This document shows positions 29,216 through 38,373 of a stretch of DNA of 64,000 nt, piece after piece; the stretch's first letter is position 1, and each line of letters starts with the position of its first letter. Source of the stretch: an uncultured Rhabdochlamydiaceae bacterium (GTDB lineage: Bacteria > Chlamydiota > Chlamydiia > Chlamydiales > Rhabdochlamydiaceae). The position numbers were made by a program, and so were the translations under genes. The notes under the pieces were generated by a model, which made no database searches, had not been told where the DNA came from, and worked only from the letters and a program-made list of their open reading frames with translations. The stretch lies in NCBI GenBank assembly GCA_963712275.1, contig CAVQHD010000001.1:1216001-1280000 (forward strand), read 5' to 3'.

Positions 29216-30247
29216 GTGAAGGCTTTAGGAAAGTTAAAAAAAGAACCTGGACTTTGGCTTTACGAGGCCCCCTTTCCACAAATGGGTCCTAGCGACGTGC
29301 TCATCAAGATTCAAAAGACGTCGGTTTGCGGAACAGATGTGCATATTTATAATTGGGATGCATGGGCCCAGAAGACCATTCCTGTGCCTATGACGATCGG
29401 CCATGAATTTTATGGCATTGTCGAAAAAGTTGGATCTGACGTCTCCACAGTGAAAATAGGGGACCGTGTCTCTGGTGAAGGGCATCTTGTCTGTGGTAAC
29501 TGCCGCAATTGCCGAGCAGGAAAATTTCATCTCTGCGGCAATACGATCGGGATTGGAGTCAACTGCACCGGTTGTTTTTCAGATTATTTTGTGCTTGCAG
29601 CCTCTAATGTGGTTGTTCTTCCTTCGACGATTGAAGACACTGTGGCATCGATGCTTGATCCTTTAGGAAACGCCGTGCATACAGCTCTCTCCTTCGACCT
29701 GGCTGGCGAAGATGTCCTAATCACAGGCGCTGGACCGATTGGGATCATGGCAACGGCCATTGCAAAGCACGTCGGGGCCCGCTCTGTTGTCATTACCGAT
29801 ATGAATGACTACCGCTTAAATCTAGCAAAAAAGATGGGAGCGACAAAAGCGGTTCATGTGGGCAGAGAAAAGCTTTCTGAGGTCATGAAAGAGCTCAATA
29901 TGAAAGAAGGGTTTACCGTAGGGCTTGAAATGTCTGGAAGCCCTCAAGCTTTAAACGGCATGATCGATGCGATGCAAAGCGGGGGTAAAATCGCCCTCCT
30001 TGGCATTTTGCCAGAGGATTCAGAAATTAATTTCACAAAAATCATTTTTAAAAGCATCCCCCTCAAAGGAATCTATGGCCGTGAAATGTTTGAGACATGG
30101 CATAAAACCATTGCGATGCTCGAGAGTGGACTCAATGTAACCCCTGTCATTACCCATGTCTTCCCTGTCCAAGAGTATGAGAAAGCATTTGAAGTGATGC
30201 GCTCGGGCCATTCAGGCAAAGTCATTTTGGATTGGACCTTAGATTAG
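29216..30247 (+). CDS. tdh: L-threonine 3-dehydrogenase
   Basis: [14 protein letters not shown] Zn site, [11 protein letters not shown]. Confidence 0.96.
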   Translation: MKALGKLKKEPGLWLYEAPFPQMGPSDVLIKIQKTSVCGTDVHIYNWDAWAQKTIPVPMTIGHEFYGIVEKVGSDVSTVKIGDRVSGEGHLVCGNCRNCRAGKFHLCGNTIGIGVNCTGCFSDYFVLAASNVVVLPSTIEDTVASMLDPLGNAVHTALSFDLAGEDVLITGAGPIGIMATAIAKHVGARSVVITDMNDYRLNLAKKMGATKAVHVGREKLSEVMKELNMKEGFTVGLEMSGSPQALNGMIDAMQSGGKIALLGILPEDSEINFTKIIFKSIPLKGIYGREMFETWHKTIAMLESGLNVTPVITHVFPVQEYEKAFEVMRSGHSGKVILDWTLD

Positions 30248-30273
30248 ATCAGAGCCTTCCCCTTTCGATCATT

Positions 30274-32733
30274 TTACGGAGTACAAGGGATGGGGTTGGA
30301 GCAAGACTGAATAAGATCGATGATGCCCGAAGTGTTGATCACGCCTATGTTAACGATATCTACATTGCAAGGGCTTAAGTTGAAGAAACCATCTACCGGA
30401 TTGGTTAGAAGATAATCAGTGCTGCTGTTATTGCCAGTAAGAGTTAGGCAGGCTGTAGGGCTCGATAGGTCGGAACCAATAACTACGGCTACACCTGTAT
30501 TGTCTGATAACGTGTTATTGGTAACGGAACCCACAAGGCTTGTATATTGTTCTATATCCAGGCCTGAGGCAGCGTTTGATGACATATTTTCGCAATTGCT
30601 GATCGTGTTATTCGAAATGTTCAATGTCAGGGAATCGATACCTATGGGAGCATAAGTGAGGATTCCTGTCCCTTCGCAGCTGTTAATTTCGTTATTTAGT
30701 ATTGTTAGGCTAAGAGTTGAGAAGTCTTGGTTTATAGCAATTCCATTTGACGCATTTCCAATATCTGTAATGGTATTGTTGTTAATTTTTATATTGCCGG
30801 TTGAGGTAGTTCCAGAGCTTATAACGGCGATTCCGTTATCATTGGCCCCTACGATCGTATTGTCTGCTACAACCAGGCTAAAAGTATCGACGGGGGTTGC
30901 AAAAACTAGAGCAGAGCGTCCGTTATTAGACATTATATTTTCAGATACTGTGGTTTCAAGAGTTGTAAATGCGCCACTCGTATGCAGGTAAAGAGCATTG
31001 GATGTATTTCCGGAGAATGTGTTGCCTGTTAATGCGATCGAACAATGATCCGTCGTTCCGACTGGAAGGACAACAAAGCTCGATCCTAAGCTTGCCTGAG
31101 ATCCTGTTCCGTTATTTGTAATCGTATTGTTAAGCACGATAATATCGGCATTGACGAGGGTATCGAGGCTAAACCGTATGCTGCCCGTTGTGTTGTTGTT
31201 AAAGGTGTTATTTTCGATATCGACAGCAAGGATGTTGCTATGAGCTGATATTTCCAACGGAACGCTAGAGATAGAAGTTTGGCCTGTAAATGTATTATCC
31301 GAGCAGAGAACGGTGGATGTTCCATTCAGAGTCAAAAAGACTCCATTAACGTTATTCAAAAACTGATTGTTTGTTAAGGATATAGAGGCATTGCCAGAAA
31401 AGGAAGCCTCGATCGCATAAGTAGCAGTGTTTGTGATCGTGCAAGAAGAGACCTCCAAGCTTTGTGGATCGGCTCCATAGATGGCATCGTTCATTGCAGA
31501 TGTAATGATAAAACCGCTTATGGCATTATGGATCGCCAGGGTGATTACATTGCCATCTGTATCGATATTGGTATTCGTAATGGTAGGCAGGGAGCTGCTT
31601 TGTGCGGGGATAAAGATCATCCCTTTAGAAGTTTGTATCGAGTGGCTAACGCCAGAGCCCCAAAACTTCTGATTTGCTTTTAAAGAGATTCCTGAATCCA
31701 TTCCTTTAGTTGTCCCATCGCCAGGGAATACGTAGATGATGTTATTCGGGGAGGAGTTGCCTTGTGCTTGAGCTAAACTATGATAAGGACTTTCATAGGT
31801 GCCGTCTGAACTGCTTGTATTGTCGACGAACACAAAGAAGTAGGGGAGTCCTGAGACAGGATCAATAGCGACGGTGTTTTTTCTTGTGTTATGAATGACG
31901 ACGATCTCTTGTCTACCCACCGGCTGCAGCATTCGGTCATTTAGTGTATTTGCTACTTTACAAGTGCGTCCCTGTTGTTTGACTTTTGATTTAGGGCCAA
32001 AGGAAAAGCTTAAAGAGATTCGCCCCTGGAATTTATTATGGAAGGTTCGGTCATATGAGTCGCTGATTTCCAGAGTTAAAATGTCTTTGAAGCTACCAGC
32101 GATTCTCGCTTTTCCGCCCCAGGTGGCGGGATCCTTTTTTCCTATAAAATAATAAGGACCCGCTGCTACATAGAAATCGAATGATTCAGGTTTTCCAAAA
32201 TGAAAGCCAAATTCAGCATCAGCCCCTTTCATCGCAGATTGATACTTTTGCGACACAAACATGTAATTGCCGGAAAAGGTTCCAAAGGTAGTAGCATAAG
32301 GATTGCTGGTCTTTATACCGACAGGTAAATAGCCGTTTATCCGAAAGTCAAATAGCTCTCCGAGAGTTTCAAGACCAGCTCCAATTTGATTCGAATGAAA
32401 GCGGCCTGTATTTCTATAGTCGTAGTAAGTGTTTATGCCATAAGCTCGATTTTTCCACAGAGTTCGTAATCCAGCGCCGGCATTTGCTGCCCATTTTCCG
32501 TTATTAAAAACGTGGCCTCTGGCATCGAGAAAAGGGGTGATTGTCCATTGGCTTGGATCTGATGCGAGAAATGCTTCAAAGGTCGTATAACCATCTTTAT
32601 AGCCAATACCGCCGCTTTCAATATGGCGGATGGTCGTTCGATAATGTTGTTTGCCGTCAGTACAGGTTTTCTTTTCTGCATGAGCAGTCGCAAAACCGCT
32701 CAGAATTGCTGCACAAAAAATAAAACGGCCCAT
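30274..32733 (-). CDS. Inverse-autotransporter-like beta-domain protein with Asn/Thr-rich parallel beta-helix passenger
   Basis: Signal peptide; N.G.G.R...G.N.YYD...FRINGYLP barrel motifs; FVDN...DGTYESPY and many NN.I/F repeats. Confidence 0.8.
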   Translation of the reverse strand: MGRFIFCAAILSGFATAHAEKKTCTDGKQHYRTTIRHIESGGIGYKDGYTTFEAFLASDPSQWTITPFLDARGHVFNNGKWAANAGAGLRTLWKNRAYGINTYYDYRNTGRFHSNQIGAGLETLGELFDFRINGYLPVGIKTSNPYATTFGTFSGNYMFVSQKYQSAMKGADAEFGFHFGKPESFDFYVAAGPYYFIGKKDPATWGGKARIAGSFKDILTLEISDSYDRTFHNKFQGRISLSFSFGPKSKVKQQGRTCKVANTLNDRMLQPVGRQEIVVIHNTRKNTVAIDPVSGLPYFFVFVDNTSSSDGTYESPYHSLAQAQGNSSPNNIIYVFPGDGTTKGMDSGISLKANQKFWGSGVSHSIQTSKGMIFIPAQSSSLPTITNTNIDTDGNVITLAIHNAISGFIITSAMNDAIYGADPQSLEVSSCTITNTATYAIEASFSGNASISLTNNQFLNNVNGVFLTLNGTSTVLCSDNTFTGQTSISSVPLEISAHSNILAVDIENNTFNNNTTGSIRFSLDTLVNADIIVLNNTITNNGTGSQASLGSSFVVLPVGTTDHCSIALTGNTFSGNTSNALYLHTSGAFTTLETTVSENIMSNNGRSALVFATPVDTFSLVVADNTIVGANDNGIAVISSGTTSTGNIKINNNTITDIGNASNGIAINQDFSTLSLTILNNEINSCEGTGILTYAPIGIDSLTLNISNNTISNCENMSSNAASGLDIEQYTSLVGSVTNNTLSDNTGVAVVIGSDLSSPTACLTLTGNNSSTDYLLTNPVDGFFNLSPCNVDIVNIGVINTSGIIDLIQSCSNPIPCTP

Positions 32734-32744
32734 ACCTGCCTTTA

Positions 32745-32768
32745 GAAGCTGTCTACGGATTCAGTTTT
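32745..32768 (+). repeat. Isolated family-1 element end
   Basis: TTA|GAAGCTGTCTACGGATTCAGTTTT, a hybrid of the 15005 and 25665/25835 ends. Confidence 0.6.
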
Positions 32769-33008
32769 ATTCGATATAGCATTAAGATCAATTTTTTAAA
32801 CCTATAAAAAATCTGCGCTTGTACTAGCCAAAGCCGAAGGAGAGTAATAACGGCAGTGGGTGGATCGGTATTGATGCCATGCTTCCAACCTTATTGCTGA
32901 TTGATGCAGTTGGCAAAAATATTGCACCGTGCTTTGTATTTTTAAAGTTCAGGTTTTTCTTGACTTTACTGACTGCTTTCCCTATGATCATTCAGCATAA
33001 AACAGCCA

Positions 33009-33124
33009 TAAGAGGGCGCTCGCAAAACTCGCCAAATTCGATAAGCAGCTCTGCCCAAAAATCATCCTCTACTCAAAAATCATCGAATTTGGCCTTCAAA
33101 GCGAGTTTTGCGAGCTCCCTCTTA
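33009..33124. repeat. Palindromic element (family 2)
   Basis: TAAGAGGGCGCTCGCAAAACTCG...CGAGTTTTGCGAGCTCCCTCTTA with inner arms GCCAAATTCGAT/ATCGAATTTGGC. Confidence 0.85.
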
Positions 33125-33196
33125 GTAAAATTTGTTGCTTCCTTTTTGCTGGCTATTGTGGCTTTGGATGCAAAAAACACATTAACGGAGGACAAT

Positions 33197-34177
33197 ATGG
33201 CAGGCCATGTTAGCAGTGATGTTTGCAATTTAAATCTCATTTATAATGAGAGCTATGAATATTCTTTACCTGAAAAAAATTTAGAGTGTTTTCTATCTGG
33301 AAAAGCATTTGACAATCCTAAAGTTTATACAAGTGAAGAATCTGAAAGGTTACGCCTTGATATTAATGAGATATACCAAACCATTTTGGCAACCAATCCT
33401 GTTAAGGAAAGTTTAGCTATTATCACAGCTGGCGCACCAGGGGCTGGTAAAACCATCAAACTAAAGCAAGATTTAGAGGCTAATGCACATGAAGGCAAAA
33501 ACTATGCCTATGTATGCCCTGACGACGTTTGTTTAAAGAATCAGACAAGAACATATGTTGCAGACATTGCAAGTGGCAATGAATCAATGGCTGCCAGACA
33601 AAATGCATATAATAAATGGCGTCCAGGATCTAATGCTGCAACACACTTAATTTTAGGGAACCTAATTCGAGAAAAATACGCATTTTACTTTGGATCAACC
33701 TCATCAGGTCCCGCAACAGGTAAATTTTTTGAATTCCTCAAAGCCCAGGGATACACAATCAGATTGATCCATATATCAGCTCCAGATGACGTTCGTTGGA
33801 GTTCTATTCAAGAAAGAGATAAAACTTTTGTACAAACAACAGAACAAGATGTAAAAGAAAAAGGGCTGTTATTTCCTCAGAGAATTAACGATACATATTT
33901 AAAATATGCTGACCAAATTGAGTTTTACTATCGTGGTGATGTTAAACAAGATGCAGTATTAGCTGCTCGGTGGCTTAGAAATGAAGATGTTTCCGAATTT
34001 GCTGGAACACTTCAAATTCTTGAGCCTAAACAATATGAACGGATTAAATCAGTTCACGATACTGCTGTAGGGGTTCTTCAGAAGCCCGAGCTTTTTTGGA
34101 AAGATGCCGTTGAATCTAAATCCAAAATTTTACAAACGGCTCTTTATCCGTTGACGGAAGAAAACCAAGTGTTTTAG
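33197..34177 (+). CDS. Zeta-toxin-family P-loop kinase
   Basis: AGAPGAGKT Walker A, CPDD; GGAGGA ribosome-binding site before ATG 33197. Confidence 0.8.
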   Translation: MAGHVSSDVCNLNLIYNESYEYSLPEKNLECFLSGKAFDNPKVYTSEESERLRLDINEIYQTILATNPVKESLAIITAGAPGAGKTIKLKQDLEANAHEGKNYAYVCPDDVCLKNQTRTYVADIASGNESMAARQNAYNKWRPGSNAATHLILGNLIREKYAFYFGSTSSGPATGKFFEFLKAQGYTIRLIHISAPDDVRWSSIQERDKTFVQTTEQDVKEKGLLFPQRINDTYLKYADQIEFYYRGDVKQDAVLAARWLRNEDVSEFAGTLQILEPKQYERIKSVHDTAVGVLQKPELFWKDAVESKSKILQTALYPLTEENQVF

Positions 34178-34346
34178 CGCTTGGATGAATTCCGCTACTT
34201 TGTTAAACCATCCTTGTCTTAATAGACTAGCTGCTGGAATGGCGGGTAAAAGCCTGTTGGAGCTGCCTTTAAGTTGGGAGCTATGAATTAGGAATCTCGT
34301 GCCCTTTAGGGCCAAGAGGTTCAACAGCATCGTAAGCGTGGATAAA

Positions 34347-34535
34347 TCACTCATTCAGGGTAATAGCACTGCCATTAGAAACTTCAAAAAGTTGTCGTGC
34401 ATCACGATGTATCATAAGAGGTCGAAGACGGACGTGTTTTCCTGTAAGAGCTATTAGAGTAGGCCTTTCTGGCAAAAGGCTTCGCCTGGCGAGTAAGTCA
34501 AGAGGGAGTTGTTGAAGCATGGATATGTTAAGCAT
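34347..34535 (-). pseudogene. Probable N-terminal fragment of a GNAT (RimJ/RimL-like) acetyltransferase
   Basis: P...LTGKHVRLRPL...DA..LF start, truncated after 62 aa. Confidence 0.45.
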
Positions 34536-34561
34536 AGGCTTGCATTCACATTTTTTAGCCT

Positions 34562-35278
34562 TTACACAAGGCGGTAGTGAATTAGCGTCATACCCTCTTG
34601 TTTTTCAAGAGGCAAGATGGAAATGTGGCCTACTTCGGCTGTACGGTGAACCTGAGTTCCCCCATCTGCAACACTGCCGACGCCTTCTAGAGTAAGAAGT
34701 CTCAAGGGTTTGTTTTTTGGTAATCCAGGCTGAAGGTAGATCGTTTCATTTTCCAGTTCTTCATAGCTAACAAAACGAAATGAGAAATGAAGATTTTGTT
34801 TAACCAAATCATTGGCTTTGTTTTCAAGGTCTTCTCTAAAATCTTTTTCCACGATCCCTTGATAATAGATGACTGGTTTTTTCCCATGATCACCCTTGAA
34901 TGGCATAAGTGGGTTGGGAGAATAATCTAGGAGGTATAAAGCGAAGTCTACAACATGGCCAGCCGAATGCAAACGCATATGGAGATAACGCCTGTCCCAA
35001 TCAAGTGTGCCTTTCACTAAACTCCCAATAGGTAGAGGTAGGTCGCAATCAACTTGATGGATAATTTTATCCTCTTTTTGCAGGGCTTGACTCACTTTGC
35101 CTTTCCAGTTCTCCGTAAAAAGCAATCCTTGATCAGTTGATTGACCGCCGCCTCTCGGGTAAAAAATTGTCTTATCAAGGACGATGAGCCATCGCTTATC
35201 GCTCTCCTTAGTGGCTTCAACAATCGTGGCTTCCATTTCCTTGAGGTATGCATCATGAAGATAAAGAGGAGTGGTCAT
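34562..35278 (-). CDS. Alanyl-tRNA editing protein (AlaX-M-like)
   Basis: LYLHDAY, TIFYPRGGGQ..D.G, MRLHSAGH, ADGGTQV. Confidence 0.88.
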   Translation of the reverse strand: MTTPLYLHDAYLKEMEATIVEATKESDKRWLIVLDKTIFYPRGGGQSTDQGLLFTENWKGKVSQALQKEDKIIHQVDCDLPLPIGSLVKGTLDWDRRYLHMRLHSAGHVVDFALYLLDYSPNPLMPFKGDHGKKPVIYYQGIVEKDFREDLENKANDLVKQNLHFSFRFVSYEELENETIYLQPGLPKNKPLRLLTLEGVGSVADGGTQVHRTAEVGHISILPLEKQEGMTLIHYRLV

Positions 35279-35290
35279 AGCAATGCCTTT

Positions 35291-36340
35291 TTAAATAGGA
35301 TTACGGGATATTTCAGCGAGGGCTGATTTTATATGTTTTACATCTTGCTCGGTGGTACTCCAGGATGTTATGAATCGAATTTCATTCTTTTCTCGATCCC
35401 ATGGATAGCAAAGAATTTTATCTTGAATAAGGGGTACCCATGAGGTAGGCGCAGTAAAAAAGATCTGGTTTGTTTCGACGGGATAGCTCAGAGAAAGATG
35501 GGGTGTTGCTTTTACTAAAGCGGCGACTTCTTGAGCTTTGTGGTTTGCATGTTTAGCTAGAGTATGCCAAAGCTCATTCTTAAAAAAGGGAATGTATTGC
35601 ACTGAAAGGTAACGCATTTTCGACATAAGTCCCAAGTTTTGTTTGTGCAGATGGTCAGCGCCTTCTTGCAAGGTTGGGTTAAAAATTACCAGTGACTCAG
35701 CACCCATGAGACCATTCTTTGTTCCTCCTAAAGATAAAATATCTAAAGATGCTACTTGAGCGATTTCGCTTAAGCTAGCCTTCAAGGCCACAGCTGCGTT
35801 GTAAAGACGGCTCCCATCCATATGCATGAGAAGATGTTCCTCTTTGCATAGCTTTGATAATCCTTTCAGCTCTTCCAAAGAGTATAGGGTTCCGACTTCT
35901 GTAGGTTGTGTAATGGAAAGTACTCGTGGAGATGTGGAATGTTTTCCAAAAGCTCTTTCCGTTTTAAGCTTTTTGGCGATGCCTTCAGGCGTAATTTTTC
36001 CTTCTTGATGAGGTATGTTTAAAAGCTTGCAGCCCACAATGGATTCGGCCGCCCCACTTTCTTGGTATTGGATATGAGCAATATCAGTGCATATCACGGA
36101 TTCATGTCTTTTACAGGCCAGTTTGAGAGCAAGTATGTTTGTTCCCGTACCATTCGGAAGGATTAATACTTTTGGGGAGGCCTTGAAGGCATGACGAATG
36201 AGTTCTTCAGCTTCAGCAGTCCACGCATCTGACCCATAGGAAGGGGCGTATCCTTTGTTTGCTTCTGAGATCGCTTCCATGACGGCAGGATGAACAGTTG
36301 TAAAGTTGTCACTTGCGAGGCAAATTTTTTCATGTGTCAT
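35291..36340 (-). CDS. ltaE: Low-specificity L-threonine aldolase
   Basis: ASDN, SYGSD, TQPTEVGT, HMDGSRL, GGTKNG. Confidence 0.9.
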   Translation of the reverse strand: MTHEKICLASDNFTTVHPAVMEAISEANKGYAPSYGSDAWTAEAEELIRHAFKASPKVLILPNGTGTNILALKLACKRHESVICTDIAHIQYQESGAAESIVGCKLLNIPHQEGKITPEGIAKKLKTERAFGKHSTSPRVLSITQPTEVGTLYSLEELKGLSKLCKEEHLLMHMDGSRLYNAAVALKASLSEIAQVASLDILSLGGTKNGLMGAESLVIFNPTLQEGADHLHKQNLGLMSKMRYLSVQYIPFFKNELWHTLAKHANHKAQEVAALVKATPHLSLSYPVETNQIFFTAPTSWVPLIQDKILCYPWDREKNEIRFITSWSTTEQDVKHIKSALAEISRNPI

Positions 36341-36466
36341 ACTTTAGTCCACCCGGTGAAGCCCTTATAGGAATGTCATAGCATTATGCTCTAAACTAAA
36401 AAAGAGTGCAATCTTGACAAAAATTCTGACATAATGTCCTGCTTGGATTGTAGACAAGAGGAAGTG

Positions 36467-36484
36467 TCAGCGAGAATTCGCTGA
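36467..36484 (-). terminator. Hairpin downstream of the displaced tRNA 3' fragment
   Basis: TCAGCGA-GAAT-TCGCTGA followed by a pyrimidine run on the minus strand. Confidence 0.5.
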
Positions 36485-36504
36485 AACAGAACGAGATAAG
36501 AAAA

Positions 36505-36551
36505 TGGGGCAACCTGGGATTGAACCAGGGACCGACGGGTTATGAGTCCGC
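36505..36551 (-). repeat. att site: duplicated 3' half of the tRNA
   Basis: 45/47 identical to 53553-53599. Confidence 0.95.
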
Positions 36552-36615
36552 AGCACCCACGCCACTTCCCAGCAGCTAACTCCCCGAAATCATAGCGGAA
36601 AGTCAGCCTTTCGAG

Positions 36616-37386
36616 CTACTGCGAATTGTCGTCATTTATCGCACTTTTTTGTACGTCAGTGGTCCACAAATGGTCCACGGAAAAAGAGCTATCAGGATTT
36701 ACAATAGGAGAGAGTTTGGTATAGGGGATGAGCAAGGTTGTTGGGCAGTCGTCATATCCACTCACAACATAGTTCTGAAAAAGAAGGAGAAGGCCTTTTT
36801 TAGTCAGAAGGAAAGCATCTAAATGTTCAGGGTTGCATCCGATCCAAGAGTGCTCATCTTCATCGTAGTACCCGCATCGATTTGATTTGAAATGGTCTTC
36901 GCAACACTGGAAAAGCCATTCTCGATATCCAGGTAGGAAAAGATCATCCAAGGACAGTTCACGAATTGTATCATCTCGCTGGCTGAATGTTTTGGTTATG
37001 TACTGCACAGAACCATGAGCGCCGCCTCGATATTGATATTTGCTGCCATAAAAGCTCATCAAATCGGGAGCAGAATGGACCAAGCTTAAGTCATAGCGCA
37101 ATATTCGTTCATCTCCATCCTCTTCCCAAAGTTCTTCCTGTGGTGCGCTCATCTCTTGTACAAAGACATCGTGCAATTTGTGCGCTTCTTTCCTTACAGC
37201 TTCATTCACATAGCGTGCAAGAGGGGTGGTTTCTGGCACACGCGGATACGACACGCTTGCCTCAACATGGACATTCGTATCAAAAGCCGTTTCGAAAAGT
37301 TCTGATTCGCACTCAATTGGATGAAGGGAATCTCCAGCCCCAAAGGAAAGAAGAATCGTGAAAGCTTGTGCTAAGAAACTGTACAT
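36616..37386 (-). CDS. RsiV-like DUF4163/DUF3298 exported protein
   Basis: N-terminal hydrophobic segment; V.YP, Y.GGAHG, LSLDDLF, F.LT..GL...F..Y, IPY. Confidence 0.8.
   Translation of the reverse strand: MYSFLAQAFTILLSFGAGDSLHPIECESELFETAFDTNVHVEASVSYPRVPETTPLARYVNEAVRKEAHKLHDVFVQEMSAPQEELWEEDGDERILRYDLSLVHSAPDLMSFYGSKYQYRGGAHGSVQYITKTFSQRDDTIRELSLDDLFLPGYREWLFQCCEDHFKSNRCGYYDEDEHSWIGCNPEHLDAFLLTKKGLLLLFQNYVVSGYDDCPTTLLIPYTKLSPIVNPDSSFSVDHLWTTDVQKSAINDDNSQ
36658..36681 (+). promoter_or_regulatory. Putative integrase arm-type binding site (left)
   Basis: AGTGGTCCACAAATGGTCCACGGA, exact copy at 53450-53473. Confidence 0.75.
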
Positions 37387-37430
37387 GGGAAGAGATAGTA
37401 AGTAAAACGAAGAGCTCTTTCAAGAAAAAC

Positions 37431-38201
37431 TTAAGCAACAGAAGAGGGGACAATGAGTTGTTTGAAAGGAGTGCTATGATATTCGGGGCGTAGATAAACG
37501 CCCGGTTTTGTATGCACTACAATCGCATGTAATCTGCCTGCTTCCGCAAGAGAGATAGCTGATGTTTTAGAGATCCATTGCTTTTCCCAGTCATCGCCTA
37601 CTAAAAACTCAGAGATTACGCGCTTACTATTCACATGAACACTGAGGATTTTTTTCACAAAAATCGACTCTTCACGGCCATCTCGCCATCCCTCGTGTCT
37701 TTTCATGGCATCAAGCAGCTGTTCATATTCTGCCTCGCTGAGGGATCGAATAGTCCTTTTCATGTCGAATTTCGTGAATTTTCGGATGGCATTTCTGTAA
37801 TCGATTACTTCCTTTGTATCAGGATCTTTAAGCTTTACTCCAACATACCTTTTGGGAAGATCTTCCAATGTCAAGTCAATATAAAGATCTCCTTCTTTCA
37901 GACGTTTTGCTTGTGCCTTCCTTCCTGTTTCGTAGTCTGGAAAGACAGCAAATTTTGGATCTGTTGGTTTAGATCCTGGTGGTAGCCCAGCCTCTCCAAT
38001 GGATCCATTTCTTCTTGCGAAAGGACCTATTCTGAGGTTGCCTGGATTGTTGTTTCTCCATGACCTCGTACTGACTTTATCATCTGGCTCATCCGGGTAT
38101 CTTTTCCAATAGCGGATAAGTTTATTGCCGCCCTCGTCATAATAGACGACGGAATTCTTTTCTTCCCCTTCTTCAGCTCTGATAAATTTTTTGAATTTCA
38201 T
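37431..38201 (-). CDS. RNNNPGN-motif protein (putative lysozyme-like fold) with a DUF3892-like C-terminus
   Basis: SWRNNNPGNLR, FAVFPDYETG, AM.RHEGW; tail ISK..AI.LAE.G...V......YLR. Confidence 0.6.
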   Translation of the reverse strand: MKFKKFIRAEEGEEKNSVVYYDEGGNKLIRYWKRYPDEPDDKVSTRSWRNNNPGNLRIGPFARRNGSIGEAGLPPGSKPTDPKFAVFPDYETGRKAQAKRLKEGDLYIDLTLEDLPKRYVGVKLKDPDTKEVIDYRNAIRKFTKFDMKRTIRSLSEAEYEQLLDAMKRHEGWRDGREESIFVKKILSVHVNSKRVISEFLVGDDWEKQWISKTSAISLAEAGRLHAIVVHTKPGVYLRPEYHSTPFKQLIVPSSVA

Positions 38202-38259
38202 AGATACGATGATACGTCAGTCATTTGTTAGGATCAAATAAAGAAGTTTTTTGAGAGAG

Positions 38260-38320
38260 GAACCCTGAAGAGTTTTACTTCAGGGTTCTTCAGGGTTTGA
38301 TGGGGGGAGATTTCAGGGTT
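38260..38320. repeat. Inverted plus direct TTCAGGGTT repeats in the intergenic region
   Basis: GAACCCTGAAG/CTTCAGGGTTC 11-bp stem, then two further TTCAGGGTT copies. Confidence 0.8.
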
Positions 38321-38373
38321 GCTTCGGTAAAGTAAATATTTTCCTGCTGTTCATTTTCCACAGCTTAGCGCCC

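Noticed and set aside
32879..33196. N-terminal extension of the zeta-like gene
   Set aside because: It reads through a palindromic repeat, and a strong ribosome-binding site precedes ATG 33197.
36505..36580. Second tRNA gene
   Set aside because: Only the 3' half is present; the D-arm and 5' acceptor strand are absent, so it is an att site.
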